Part shown: piece by piece, positions 1 through 9,304 of the stretch | Position numbering within the stretch: the stretch's first letter is position 1 | Layout: each line of letters opens with the position of its first letter | Assembly: GCA_017305135.1 (NCBI GenBank) | Contig: JAFKNA010000007.1 | Location: 55,441 to 119,440 of the forward strand | Direction of reading: 5' to 3' | Length of the DNA stretch: 64,000 nucleotides | Source of the DNA: Lysobacterales bacterium | GTDB taxonomy: Bacteria; Pseudomonadota; Gammaproteobacteria; Xanthomonadales; Rhodanobacteraceae | Notes under the pieces: generated by a model | What the model was told of the DNA's origin: nothing | Database searches by the model: none | The model's input: the letters and a program-made list of their open reading frames with translations, nothing else | Position numbers and translations under genes: made by a program

Positions 1-1
1 C

Positions 2-487
2 CGCCGCGCCCGGCGGCCGCGTCGGAATGGCCCCTGGCTCGCCGCCTGTGCCCTGCTGCTGGTGGCGCTCGCCGCGCAGGCGGCCTGGTCCGAGCGCGAC
101 CGCTGGCTGGACGCGCCGCGCGTCCGCGCCTGGCTGGATCCGGCGTGCGCGCGCCTCGGCTGCACCTTGCCGCTGCGGCGCGACGCCGCGCGGCTGGTGC
201 TGTCCTCGCGCGACATCCGCCCGCACCCGTCGGCCCCCGGCGCGCTGATCATTTCCGCCACGCTGCGCAACGACGCGCCGTTCGCGCAGGCCTATCCGAC
301 GCTCAAGATCACCCTTTCCAACCTCGACGAGCGGCGGGTGGCGATGCGCCGCTTCCGTCCCGACGAGTACATCGGCGACCGCCGCGAACTCGCCGCGGGG
401 CTCGGCCCCGGCGCGAGCAGCGCGCTGGCTTTCGAGGTGGTGGACCCGGGCCAGGACGCGGTCGCCTTCGAGTTCGACTTCGAGTAG
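2..487 (+). CDS. DUF3426-type membrane protein, 5' end outside window
   Basis: Frame is open back to position 2. TM stretch WLAACALLLVALAAQAAW is followed by a beta-rich C-terminal domain (ATLRNDAPFAQAYPTLKITLSNLDERRVAMRRFRPDEY...AFEVVDPG). Position upstream of fis-purH-purD is typical. Confidence 0.55.
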   Translation, partial: RRARRPRRNGPWLAACALLLVALAAQAAWSERDRWLDAPRVRAWLDPACARLGCTLPLRRDAARLVLSSRDIRPHPSAPGALIISATLRNDAPFAQAYPTLKITLSNLDERRVAMRRFRPDEYIGDRRELAAGLGPGASSALAFEVVDPGQDAVAFEFDFE

Positions 488-625
488 CGGTGGTCGCAAC
501 GAAGGGCATTTTCGCGCCCGCCCTTATCAACGGCGGCGGGCGGCGCTAGAATCCCCTCCCGGTACGCGATCGGGGGCGCGTACCGGCGCTCATGGAAGCG
601 ACTGTTGCAAAGGGGAGCCACCACC

Positions 626-910
626 GTGAACGCCGCCATCTCGCTGTACCCGACCGAAGCCGTGCAAGACGCCATGCTCCAGCCCGCCTTGCACGAATGC
701 GTCGCGCAGGCCGTGCGCCGTTACCTGGCCGATGTCGAGTCGGAACCGGCCGAAGGGCTGCACGGGCTGGTGATGCACGAGGTGGAGCAGCCGCTGCTGC
801 GCGAGGTGCTGGCCTGGTATGGCGGCAACCAGAGCCGCAGCGCGGCAGCGCTCGGCATCAGCCGCGCCACCCTGCGCAAGAAACTGCAGCAGTACGGCCT
901 GGCCGGCTGA
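626..910 (+). CDS. fis: DNA-binding protein Fis
   Basis: C-terminal HTH GNQSRSAAALGISRATLRKKLQQYGL. GTG at 626 is preceded by GGGGAG (612-617). The longest ORF starts at TTG 605. Confidence 0.85.
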   Translation: MNAAISLYPTEAVQDAMLQPALHECVAQAVRRYLADVESEPAEGLHGLVMHEVEQPLLREVLAWYGGNQSRSAAALGISRATLRKKLQQYGLAG

Positions 911-958
911 CGCGCGCCGTCCCGCTATAATCCCGGTTTCGTCCTGCGGGCCCATTCC

Positions 959-2536
959 ATGTTCGATGCCACACTCGTGCCGGTGCGGCGCGCCCTGCTG
1001 AGCGTCTCCGACAAGACCGGGCTGGTCGACCTGGCCCGCGGCCTGGATGCGCTCGGCATCGGCCTCCTCTCCACCGGCGGCACCGCGCGCAGCCTGCGCG
1101 AGGCGGGCCTTGCGGTAACCGACGTCAGCACCCTGACCGGCTTCCCGGAAATCATGGACGGCCGCGTCAAGACCCTGCACCCGGTGGTGCATGGCGGGCT
1201 GCTCGGCCGCCGCGGCCTCGACGACGAGGTGATGGCGCGCCATCACATCGCCGCCATCGACCTCCTGGTCGTCAACCTGTATCCCTTCGAGCAGACCGTC
1301 GCCAACCCCGACTGCACCTTCGAGCTCGCCATCGAGAACATCGACATCGGCGGCCCCGCGATGCTGCGCGCGGCGGCCAAGAACCACGCGCACGTGGCGG
1401 CAGTGGTGGACCCGGCCGACTACGCCGGGGTGCTGGAGGCGCTCGCCCAGGGCGGCACCGCGGCGGCGATGCGCCGGCGCCTCGCCGCCAAGGCCTTCGC
1501 GCACACCGCGCGCTACGACGGCATGATCGCCAACTGGCTCGGCGTGCGCGCCGATCCGGCCCATCCGGAAGCCTTCCCGCCGAGCCTGCGCCTCGCCTTC
1601 GAACGCCGCCAGGTGCTCCGCTATGGCGAGAATCCGCACCAGGGCGGCGCGCTGTACGTCGAGCAGCCGCCGCTGCGCGGCACCATCGCCGCCGCCGAGG
1701 TGCTGGCGGGGAAGGAGCTGTCCTCGAACAACCTCGCCGACGCCGACGCCGCGCTCGAGTGCGTCAAGGCGTTCCAGAAGACGCCGGCCTGCGTGATCGT
1801 CAAGCACGCCAATCCGTGCAGCGTGGCGCTCGGGCCCGACCAGCTCGACGCCTACGAACGCGCCTTCGCCTGCGATCCAGTGTCGGCCTTCGGCGGCATC
1901 ATCGCCTTCAACCACAAGGTCGATGCCGGCACCGCGCGCGCGATCCTCGCCCGCCAGTTCGTCGAGGTGGTGGTCGCGCCCGCCTTCGACGAGGAGGCCG
2001 TCGCCGCCTTCGCGACCAAGCCCAACGTGCGCGTGCTCGCCACCGGCGAGTGGGACGAGACGCCGGCGCACGCGTTCGACTACAAGCGCATCGCCGGCGG
2101 CCTGCTGGTGCAGGACGCCGATCGCGACACCCTGCTGCTGTCCGACCTCCGTATCGTCTCGCGCCGCGCGCCCGATGCCGCCGAACTCCACGACCTGCTG
2201 TTCGCCTGGCACGTGGCGATGTACGTCAAGTCCAATGCCATCGTGTACGCGCGCGATGGCCGCACCATCGGCATCGGCGCCGGCCAGATGAGCCGCGTGG
2301 TGAGTGCGAGGATCGCCGCCATCAAGGCTGCCGAGGCCGAGCTCCAGGTCGCCGGCAGCGTGATGGCCTCCGACGCCTTCTTCCCGTTCCGCGACGGCAT
2401 CGACGCGGCCGCGGAAGCGGGCATCCGCGCGGTAATCCAGCCCGGCGGCTCGATGCGCGACAAGGAAACCATCGCCGCCGCCGACGAGCACGGCATGGCC
2501 ATGGTGTTCACGGGCGTGCGGCATTTCCGTCATTGA
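959..2536 (+). CDS. purH: bifunctional AICAR transformylase / IMP cyclohydrolase
   Basis: 525 aa. N-terminal MGS-like [20 protein letters not shown], and C-terminal [32 protein letters not shown]. Confidence 0.97.
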   Translation: MFDATLVPVRRALLSVSDKTGLVDLARGLDALGIGLLSTGGTARSLREAGLAVTDVSTLTGFPEIMDGRVKTLHPVVHGGLLGRRGLDDEVMARHHIAAIDLLVVNLYPFEQTVANPDCTFELAIENIDIGGPAMLRAAAKNHAHVAAVVDPADYAGVLEALAQGGTAAAMRRRLAAKAFAHTARYDGMIANWLGVRADPAHPEAFPPSLRLAFERRQVLRYGENPHQGGALYVEQPPLRGTIAAAEVLAGKELSSNNLADADAALECVKAFQKTPACVIVKHANPCSVALGPDQLDAYERAFACDPVSAFGGIIAFNHKVDAGTARAILARQFVEVVVAPAFDEEAVAAFATKPNVRVLATGEWDETPAHAFDYKRIAGGLLVQDADRDTLLLSDLRIVSRRAPDAAELHDLLFAWHVAMYVKSNAIVYARDGRTIGIGAGQMSRVVSARIAAIKAAEAELQVAGSVMASDAFFPFRDGIDAAAEAGIRAVIQPGGSMRDKETIAAADEHGMAMVFTGVRHFRH

Positions 2537-2539
2537 GCG

Positions 2540-2810
2540 GGGAATCGGGAATGGGGAATCGGGAATCGCAACAGCAGACGATTGCCGGCAGCGGCGCGGC
2601 CGTGTCCACCCGGCGCTGCTGGATTCCAGCCTGGGCAGCGACTGGCCTCAGGCCAGCGGGATCTGCTCCCCTTTGTTCACAAGCGGCACAGAGCCGGCCG
2701 AAACGGCATCCCGCCATGAGCGAATGGCTGTTCTCACCCCCAATGCCAGCGCACCTTGGCCCTGGGCGGACCCCGCTCTCCCCATTCCCGATTCCCCATT
2801 CCCGATTCCC
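2540..2810. repeat. MITE-like element bounded by 27-bp perfect inverted repeats
   Basis: GGGAATCGGGAATGGGGAATCGGGAAT at 2540-2566 and its exact reverse complement at 2784-2810. The arms are built of GGGAATC/GGGGAAT heptamers. No credible ORF inside. It fills the purH-purD spacer. Confidence 0.6.
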
Positions 2811-2819
2811 GGCTGTCCA

Positions 2820-4103
2820 ATGAAACTCCTCGTCATCGGTTCCGGCGGCCGTGAGCACGCGCTGGCCTGGAAGCTCAAGCAGTCGCGCCGCGTCAGCGAA
2901 GTGATCGTGGCGCCCGGCAACGCCGGCACCGCGCGCGAGCACGGCGTGCGCAACGCCGACGTGGCGGCGACCGATGTCGACGGCCTCATCCGGCTGGCCC
3001 GCGACGAGGGCGTCGCGCTCGCCGTGGTGGGGCCGGAGGCGGCGCTGGCGGTGGGCGTGGTCGACCAGTTCCGCGCCGCCGGGCTGCGCTGCTTCGGCCC
3101 CAGCCGCACCGCGGCGCAACTGGAAAGCTCCAAGGCCTACGCCAAGGCCTTCCTCGCCCGCCACAACATCCCGACCGCGCGCCACGCGGTGTTCGAGGAG
3201 CTGGCCCCGGCGCTCGCCCACGTGCGCCGCCACGGCGCGCCGATCGTCATCAAGGCCGACGGCCTCGCCGCCGGCAAGGGCGTGGTGGTCGCACTGACAC
3301 TCGCCGACGCCGAGCAGACCCTGCACGACATGCTCGGCGCGCAGTCCTTCGGCGCCGCCTCGGCGCGGGTGGTGATCGAGGAGTGCCTGAGCGGCGAGGA
3401 AGCCAGCTACATCGTCATGAGCGATGGCCGCGACGTGCTGCCGCTGGCCACCAGCCAGGACCACAAGCGCCGCGACGAGGGCGACCTCGGCCCCAACACC
3501 GGCGGCATGGGCGCCTACTCGCCGGCGCCGGTGGTGACGCCCGCGATCGAGCAGCGGATCCTGACAGAGATCGTGCGGCCGACCATCGCCGGCATGGCCG
3601 CCGAGGGCGCGCCCTACATCGGCTTCCTCTACGTCGGCCTGATGATCGGTGCCGACGGCACGCCACGGGTCATCGAGTTCAACGCGCGCCTCGGCGATCC
3701 GGAAACCCAGCCGATCCTGCTGCGCCTGGAATCGGACCTCGTCGACCTGGTCGAGGACGCCCTGGACGGACGCCTCGCCGGGCGCGCCGCCGAGTGGGAC
3801 CCGCGCCCCGCGCTCGGCGTGATCGTGGCCGCCGCCGGCTACCCCGGAAAGGTGCGCAGCGGCGACGTGATCAGCGGCCTCGAGCGCGCGGAAGCACAGG
3901 GCGCCAAGGTGTTCCACGCCGGTACCGGCGTCGATGCCGAAGGCCGCGTGGTCACCACCGGCGGCCGCGTGCTCGCCGTGTGCGCGCTCGGCGAGGACCT
4001 CGCCGCCGCCCGCGAGCAGGCCTACGCCGCGGTGCGCGAGATCCGCTTCGACGGCGCCTTCCATCGCCGCGACATCGGCCACCGCGCCCTGCCGCGCAGC
4101 TGA
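2820..4103 (+). CDS. purD: phosphoribosylamine--glycine ligase
   Basis: Starts MKLLVIGSGGREHALAWKL at ATG 2820 (the longer ORF from 2673 runs through the repeat element). ATP-grasp body, and IEFNARLGDPETQ. Confidence 0.97.
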   Translation: MKLLVIGSGGREHALAWKLKQSRRVSEVIVAPGNAGTAREHGVRNADVAATDVDGLIRLARDEGVALAVVGPEAALAVGVVDQFRAAGLRCFGPSRTAAQLESSKAYAKAFLARHNIPTARHAVFEELAPALAHVRRHGAPIVIKADGLAAGKGVVVALTLADAEQTLHDMLGAQSFGAASARVVIEECLSGEEASYIVMSDGRDVLPLATSQDHKRRDEGDLGPNTGGMGAYSPAPVVTPAIEQRILTEIVRPTIAGMAAEGAPYIGFLYVGLMIGADGTPRVIEFNARLGDPETQPILLRLESDLVDLVEDALDGRLAGRAAEWDPRPALGVIVAAAGYPGKVRSGDVISGLERAEAQGAKVFHAGTGVDAEGRVVTTGGRVLAVCALGEDLAAAREQAYAAVREIRFDGAFHRRDIGHRALPRS

Positions 4104-4224
4104 TTCCGGCGAACCCGCTGGAGGATGTGGGAAGCCGCTGTTTCCGTAGGAGATGTCCCGCCGACTTCGTCGGCGCGCTGTCGCGGAGCAAACATGGTCG
4201 CCGCCACGGGCACATGGCGGTCAT

Positions 4225-4289
4225 GTAGGAGCGCGCTTGCGCGCGACCGCGCGGCGAACACGCCCGGTCGCGCCCGGGTGCGCTCCTAC
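4225..4289. repeat. REP-type GTAG hairpin (GTAGGAGCGC...GCGCTCCTAC)
   Basis: 10-bp terminal inverted repeat GTAGGAGCGC (4225-4234) / GCGCTCCTAC (4280-4289) with a GC-rich interior. A related GTAGGAG copy lies near 4147. Located in the intergenic region between convergent purD and the TPR gene. Confidence 0.6.
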
Positions 4290-4345
4290 AACCGCGTCAG
4301 TTGCAGGAGTCCCACACACGAGGTGGCACGGCTACGCGATGGGGG

Positions 4346-5998
4346 TCAGCCGCCGGCGGCGGTGCCGGCCGTCGGTGGCTGCGGCCGGTACACCTCGGAG
4401 ACGGACGGCCACGGACGCGGCGGCAGCTTGTGCGCCTGGAACAGCTCCAGGAATTCCCGATAGGGCGGAAGCGCAGCGGCGCCTTCCGTCCGCAGCACGC
4501 TGAACATGGCGCCTTGCTGGGTGGCGACGGCATCGTCCCACTTGCCGTTGGCGGCAAGCGCGAGCGCATAGCTTTCGGCGACCACCGGCGCTGCGCCGGC
4601 GCCCTGGTACAGCGTGCCGGCGTAGTCGAGCGCCATGCGCCGCTCCGCCGCGCTGGCCGCCGGGCAGGTGCTGGCCAGGCGCACGAACACCTGCATCAAG
4701 CCGGGGTTGTGGGGCGCCTTGGCGAGCGCGCCGTTGACCTCCTTGAGCGCACCGGCACAGCGCCCCGCGGCCGCCTCGATGGCGGCCACCTGCGTCCACG
4801 CGCTGGAGTTCTGGGGTGCGATGCTGAGGACGGCGCGGAACTGCTGCATCGCGGCCTCGCTGCGCCCGCTCCGCAGCAGCAGGTTGGCCAGTGCGAAGCG
4901 GGGATTGGCTTCGCCGGGCGCCAGCCGGATCGCCTCGGTGTAGGCACCCTCGGCGCCCTTGTTGTCGCCCTTCAGCTCCAGCACGCTGCCCTGGGCGAGG
5001 CGCGCCAGCGGACTGCGGGGATCGGCGCCGACCGCGGCGGCCGCCCGCGAGGTGGCAGCATCCAGGCGCCCCGCCGAGGACTCCACCCCGGCGTACACCG
5101 CCAGCACGTTGACGTTCTTCGGCTCCTGCTTGAGGAAGGCATCCAGGGCGGCCCGCGCCGCCGGATAATCCCCCTTGACCATCGCCGCGACGGCGGCGCC
5201 GATCGCGCGCTGCTCGGGGGTGGCAACCGCGGCGGGAGCGTCGCCACCGGCCTTGGCCTGCCCGATTTCCGGCAGCAGCCGGCTGCCGACGGGGTCGGCC
5301 AGCAGCGGCGGCGCGGCACCGGCCTTGGCGCGCGCCTCGGCCGCCGCCTTGGCGTTGCCGCTGGCCGCATAGGCATCGGCGAGCGGGGTGTAGAGCCGCG
5401 TCGCCTGCGGCTGGATCTTGAGCGCCTGCTCGAGGTCGCGGATCGCATCGGCATGGCGCTTCTGGCGCAGCGCGATCTCGCCGAGCATCGCGTAGGGAAC
5501 GGCCTGGTCGTGGCGGCTGGCGGTGTACTCCTCCAGCAGGCGCCGCGCGCCGTCGAGGTCGCCCGCGCCCATCTTCTGGTTGGCGAGCGCCGTCCGCAGC
5601 GGCAGGTAGTTCCTGCTGATGGCGAAGGCGCGTTCGAAGTCGCGCGTGGCTTCCGCCTGCTGGTCCATGGCCAGCGCCAGCACGCCGCGCGCATACAGCC
5701 AGCGCATGTCCTTGGGCGCCATCACGATCGCGTTGTCGAACGCCGCCGCGGCGGCGTCGGTGAAGCCCGCACGGGCGTATGCGCTGGCCAGCACGCCGTA
5801 GTTCTCGGCCAGCGCCTCGCCGGTGACGATGTCCCTGGACTTGTCGAAATCGGCGCGTGCCTTGCGCAGTTCCGCGGCGCTGGCGGCCGGCAGCTTCGAG
5901 AGATCGGGCACGGGTACCGGCTTCACCGACTGCGCCAGGGCGAGCGGTGCAGCCAGCGCGAGAGCCAGCGCGGCGGTGAGCAGGAAACGAGGAGGCAT
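4346..5998 (-). CDS. secreted tetratricopeptide-repeat (TPR) protein
   Basis: Start chosen at MPPRFLLTAALALALAAPLALAQS (signal peptide; ATG at 5998). The body consists of repeated A/L/Y-rich TPR units. Confidence 0.8.
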   Translation of the reverse strand: MPPRFLLTAALALALAAPLALAQSVKPVPVPDLSKLPAASAAELRKARADFDKSRDIVTGEALAENYGVLASAYARAGFTDAAAAAFDNAIVMAPKDMRWLYARGVLALAMDQQAEATRDFERAFAISRNYLPLRTALANQKMGAGDLDGARRLLEEYTASRHDQAVPYAMLGEIALRQKRHADAIRDLEQALKIQPQATRLYTPLADAYAASGNAKAAAEARAKAGAAPPLLADPVGSRLLPEIGQAKAGGDAPAAVATPEQRAIGAAVAAMVKGDYPAARAALDAFLKQEPKNVNVLAVYAGVESSAGRLDAATSRAAAAVGADPRSPLARLAQGSVLELKGDNKGAEGAYTEAIRLAPGEANPRFALANLLLRSGRSEAAMQQFRAVLSIAPQNSSAWTQVAAIEAAAGRCAGALKEVNGALAKAPHNPGLMQVFVRLASTCPAASAAERRMALDYAGTLYQGAGAAPVVAESYALALAANGKWDDAVATQQGAMFSVLRTEGAAALPPYREFLELFQAHKLPPRPWPSVSEVYRPQPPTAGTAAGG

Positions 5999-6122
5999 GG
6001 CAAGGAGCGGACGCGGAAAGCGTGCATTGTATAGGCAGGGTTGGGGTTGGGGTTGGGGACCGGCATTCCATGCGCGCGCGCTTGCGGGCAAGATGCGGCG
6101 GCCACAAGCCCGCGGGAAGCGC

Positions 6123-8006
6123 ATGTCCGACTCGAACCAGTTCGCCCTGCTCGCCACGCGCCGCTTCGCGCCGTTCTTCGCCACCCAGGCGCTCGGGGCG
6201 TTCAACGACAACGCCTTCCGGCAGGCGTTGATCGTGCTGGTCGCGTTCCACCTCGGCCTCGGCGACGCGGCGGTCGGCTTCTATTCCAACCTCGCGCCGG
6301 CGCTGTTCATCCTGCCCTTCTTCCTGTTTTCGGCGAGCGCCGGGCAACTGGCGGAGAAGTACGAGAAGGCGCGCCTGATCCGTTACGTGAAGCTGTTCGA
6401 GATCGGCGCCATGCTGCTCGCGGCGTGGGGCTTCCACAGCGGCAACGTGGCGCTGCTGCTCGGCGTGCTGTTCCTGATGGGCCTGCACTCGACCGTGTTC
6501 GGGCCGATCAAGTACGCGATCCTGCCGCAGGTGCTGAAATCCCAGGAGCTGGTCGGCGGCAACGCGCTGGTGGAGACCGGCACCTCGCTGGCGATCCTCA
6601 CTGGCATGATCGCCGGCGGCGGGCTGATGGCGGTCAGCGGGGTCGGTCCCACGCTGGCCTCGCTCCTCGCCATCGGCATCGCCGTGGCTGGCTACCTCGC
6701 CAGCCGCGCGATCCCGCCGGCGCCGGCCACCGCGCCCGGGCTGCGCTTCGAGTGGAATCCCTTCGTCGAGACCTGGCGCGTGCTCGGCCAGGTCAGGCGC
6801 GACCGCGTCGTGTTCAACGCGGTGCTGGGCATTTCCTGGTTCTGGTTCTTCGGCGGCATCTTCACCGCGCAGTTGCCGAACTACACGCGGCTCTACCTCG
6901 GTGGCACGGATACCGTGGCGATCCTGGTGCTGGCGCTGTTCTCGATCGGCGTCGGCGCGGGCTCGCTGCTGTGCGAGCGCCTGTCCGGGCGCAAGGTCGA
7001 GATCGGCCTGGTGCCGCTCGGCTCGATCGGGCTCAGCCTGTTCGGCATCGACCTGCATTTCGCGCAGCCGGGACTGGCGACGACGCAGGGCCTCGGCGCG
7101 CTCGCCTTCCTGGCCGCGCCCGGGCACTGGCGGATCGCGCTCGACCTGACCCTGCTCGGCGTCTTCGCCGGCTTCTACATCGTGCCGCTGTTCGCGCTGG
7201 TGCAGAGCCGCGCGCCGCGCGAGGAGCTCTCGCGCGTGATCGCCGGCAACAACATCCTCAATGCGGTGTTCATGGTGGCCGCGGCGGCGCTCGGCATCGG
7301 CCTCACCGCGCTCGGGCTGTCGATCCCGCAGATCTTCCTGGTCGTCGCGCTGCTCAACATCGCCGTCGCCGCCTACATATACACCCTGGTGCCCGAGTTC
7401 CTGATGCGCTTCCTGAGCTGGTTGCTGGTGAGCCTGCTCTACCGCATCCGCAGCCAAGGGCTCGACCAGGTGCCGGCGCACGGGCCGGCGCTGCTGGTGT
7501 GCAACCACGTCAGCTACATGGACGCGCTGATCGTCGCCGGCGCGGTGCGGCGGCCGCTGCGCTTCGTAATGTACTACCGCATCTTCCGCATCCCCGTGCT
7601 GAGCTTCATCTTCCGCACCGCGAAGGCGATCCCGATCGCCGGGCATCGCGAGGATCCGGCGCTGCTGGAGGAAGCCTTCGAGCGCATCGACCAGGCGCTC
7701 GCCGAAGGCCATCTGGTGTGCATCTTCCCGGAGGGCGGGCTGACCCGCGACGGCGCGATCGCGCCATTCCGGGGTGGCGTCGAGCGCATCGTCGCGCGCC
7801 GGCCGGTGCCGGTGGTGCCGCTGGCGCTGCGCGGCCTGTGGGGCTCGGTGTTCAGCCGGCATGACACGGCGCTCGGACGGGCGCGCCTGCCGCGCCGTTT
7901 CCGCGCCCGCGTGGAACTGGTGGCCGGAGCGCCGATCGCGGCCGGAGAAGCCAGCGCGGAGCGCCTGGAGCAGCGCGTGCGCGAGCTGCGCGGCGAAGAG
8001 GCCTGA
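6123..8006 (+). CDS. MFS lysophospholipid transporter fused to PlsC-type acyltransferase (LplT/Aas-like)
   Basis: MSDSNQFALLATRRFAPFFATQALGAFNDNAF opens an MFS-like multi-TM body. The C-terminal acyltransferase has the HX4D motif CNHVSYMDA and FPEGGLTRDG. Confidence 0.85.
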   Translation: MSDSNQFALLATRRFAPFFATQALGAFNDNAFRQALIVLVAFHLGLGDAAVGFYSNLAPALFILPFFLFSASAGQLAEKYEKARLIRYVKLFEIGAMLLAAWGFHSGNVALLLGVLFLMGLHSTVFGPIKYAILPQVLKSQELVGGNALVETGTSLAILTGMIAGGGLMAVSGVGPTLASLLAIGIAVAGYLASRAIPPAPATAPGLRFEWNPFVETWRVLGQVRRDRVVFNAVLGISWFWFFGGIFTAQLPNYTRLYLGGTDTVAILVLALFSIGVGAGSLLCERLSGRKVEIGLVPLGSIGLSLFGIDLHFAQPGLATTQGLGALAFLAAPGHWRIALDLTLLGVFAGFYIVPLFALVQSRAPREELSRVIAGNNILNAVFMVAAAALGIGLTALGLSIPQIFLVVALLNIAVAAYIYTLVPEFLMRFLSWLLVSLLYRIRSQGLDQVPAHGPALLVCNHVSYMDALIVAGAVRRPLRFVMYYRIFRIPVLSFIFRTAKAIPIAGHREDPALLEEAFERIDQALAEGHLVCIFPEGGLTRDGAIAPFRGGVERIVARRPVPVVPLALRGLWGSVFSRHDTALGRARLPRRFRARVELVAGAPIAAGEASAERLEQRVRELRGEEA

Positions 8007-8049
8007 GCGCTTTCGTGGATACACGCCGAGGAAATAGCGCCAGGCGAGA

Positions 8050-8190
8050 GCGGCCGGTCGGGAGACCGGCCCTCCCAGGGAGCGAGGCGGTTCGCGGCGA
8101 AGAGTGCGGTCTGGCAATCGCGGCTGAAGCCGCTCCCACCAAAGCGCCGCGGCCGGTCGGGACCGGCCCTCACAGGAGCTGCAGCGAGGG
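8050..8190. repeat. pair of related GC-rich hairpin repeats
   Basis: CGGCCGGTCGGGAGACCGGCCCTCCCAGGGAGC (from about 8051) and CGGCCGGTCGGGACCGGCCCTCACAGGAGC (from about 8150). Each contains a GGCCGG(TC)...CCGGCC stem. Intergenic, downstream of two convergent genes. Confidence 0.5.
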
Positions 8191-8222
8191 GGCGTGATGC
8201 CGCTGGCGTGGACGGGCGCCCG

Positions 8223-9119
8223 TCAGTGGACAAGGCCGGAGATCACCACCAGCGCCAGCACCGCCAGCCAGACCACCAGGATGCGGCGCAGCACGGTGCG
8301 CGCGTCGGCCAGCTCCAGCAGCGGATTGGCGGCGTCGGTGGCGTAGCCGTCGCCGGCTTCGACCTCCGCGTCCACGCCGGCGCGGGCCAGCGCGCCGAGG
8401 AAGCCCAGGTCGAGGCTGAGCCAGCCGCCCGCATGCGCCGCGTGCCAGTTGCGCCAGGTGCGGATCACCGCGTCGAAGTCCGACACCAGCGCCAGCGTCA
8501 GCGCGACCAGGTGCGCGGGCGCCCAGTCGAGCACGCGCGCGGCGGCGTCGAGCTGGCGGCGCTCGGCCGGGTCGAGTTCCTCGCCGATGGCGGCCTGGCG
8601 GGCAAGGAGCTGCACCAGGCGGTAGCCGAGCGCCCCGGCCGGACCGAGCAGCACGAACCAGAACAGCACGCCGAACCAGCGCGACAGGGCCGACATGAAG
8701 CTCGCTTCGACCAGCGCCGCCGCCTCGAACGGCAGCGGCATGCTGGCCGGGTCGGGGCGCAGTGCCTGCACGGCGGCACGCCGCCGCTCGCCGTCGGGCG
8801 CCTTGAGGACCGCCTCGATGTCGGCATCGAGGTCGCGCGGGCCCCAGCACCAGAACAGCACCGCCACCGCGAAGGCGAAGCCCGGCAGGCCGAACAGCAC
8901 GCGATCCAGCGCGAGCTGCACCAGCGCGCAGGCGACCACCAGCAGGATCGGCAGCAGGATGACCGGCCAGGCCTGGTCGTGATCGGCATCCGCCACGCCG
9001 GGCCAGCGCCGCAGCCACACGCGCAGCCACGAGAAGTCGCGCAGGCGGTAAAGATCGGGCAGCGCCAGCGAGGCGGCAACAACGATGAGGATCGCGAGCA
9101 GGGTGGTGGCCATGGGCAT
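8223..9119 (-). CDS. AmpE-like inner-membrane protein
   Basis: Multi-TM protein. AARVLDWAPAHLVALTLALVSDF resembles the E. coli AmpE segment [22 protein letters not shown] (from memory). The overlapping ORFs on both strands look like GC artefacts. Confidence 0.6.
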   Translation of the reverse strand: MPMATTLLAILIVVAASLALPDLYRLRDFSWLRVWLRRWPGVADADHDQAWPVILLPILLVVACALVQLALDRVLFGLPGFAFAVAVLFWCWGPRDLDADIEAVLKAPDGERRRAAVQALRPDPASMPLPFEAAALVEASFMSALSRWFGVLFWFVLLGPAGALGYRLVQLLARQAAIGEELDPAERRQLDAAARVLDWAPAHLVALTLALVSDFDAVIRTWRNWHAAHAGGWLSLDLGFLGALARAGVDAEVEAGDGYATDAANPLLELADARTVLRRILVVWLAVLALVVISGLVH

Positions 9120-9304
9120 CGGGTCGACGGCGGGCAGGTCCGCCGCATTCTAGGGAAACTCTGCTCGAGCCGTTGACTGGCGCAGGCTGGAGCCCGCCTG
9201 TTTCAAGAGCAAGATGCAAAATGGATCTCCGCTTCCGCGGGAATGACATCGAGAGCTTGGGATCGTCGCTGCAACCATCGCCCCGCGGCGACGCCTCGCG
9301 CGGC

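Noticed and set aside
590-4082. Long minus-strand ORFs (590-2533, 2508-4082) antisense to purH and purD
   Set aside because: They are antisense to unambiguous purH/purD coding sequences and show low-complexity R/G/A/H-rich translations.
4332-8117. 1261-aa minus-strand ORF spanning the TPR gene, the divergent spacer and the MFS/acyltransferase gene
   Set aside because: Arg/Ala/Gly/Pro-rich composition typical of out-of-frame or antisense reading in high-GC DNA. It overlaps two genes with clear family motifs and has no motifs of its own.
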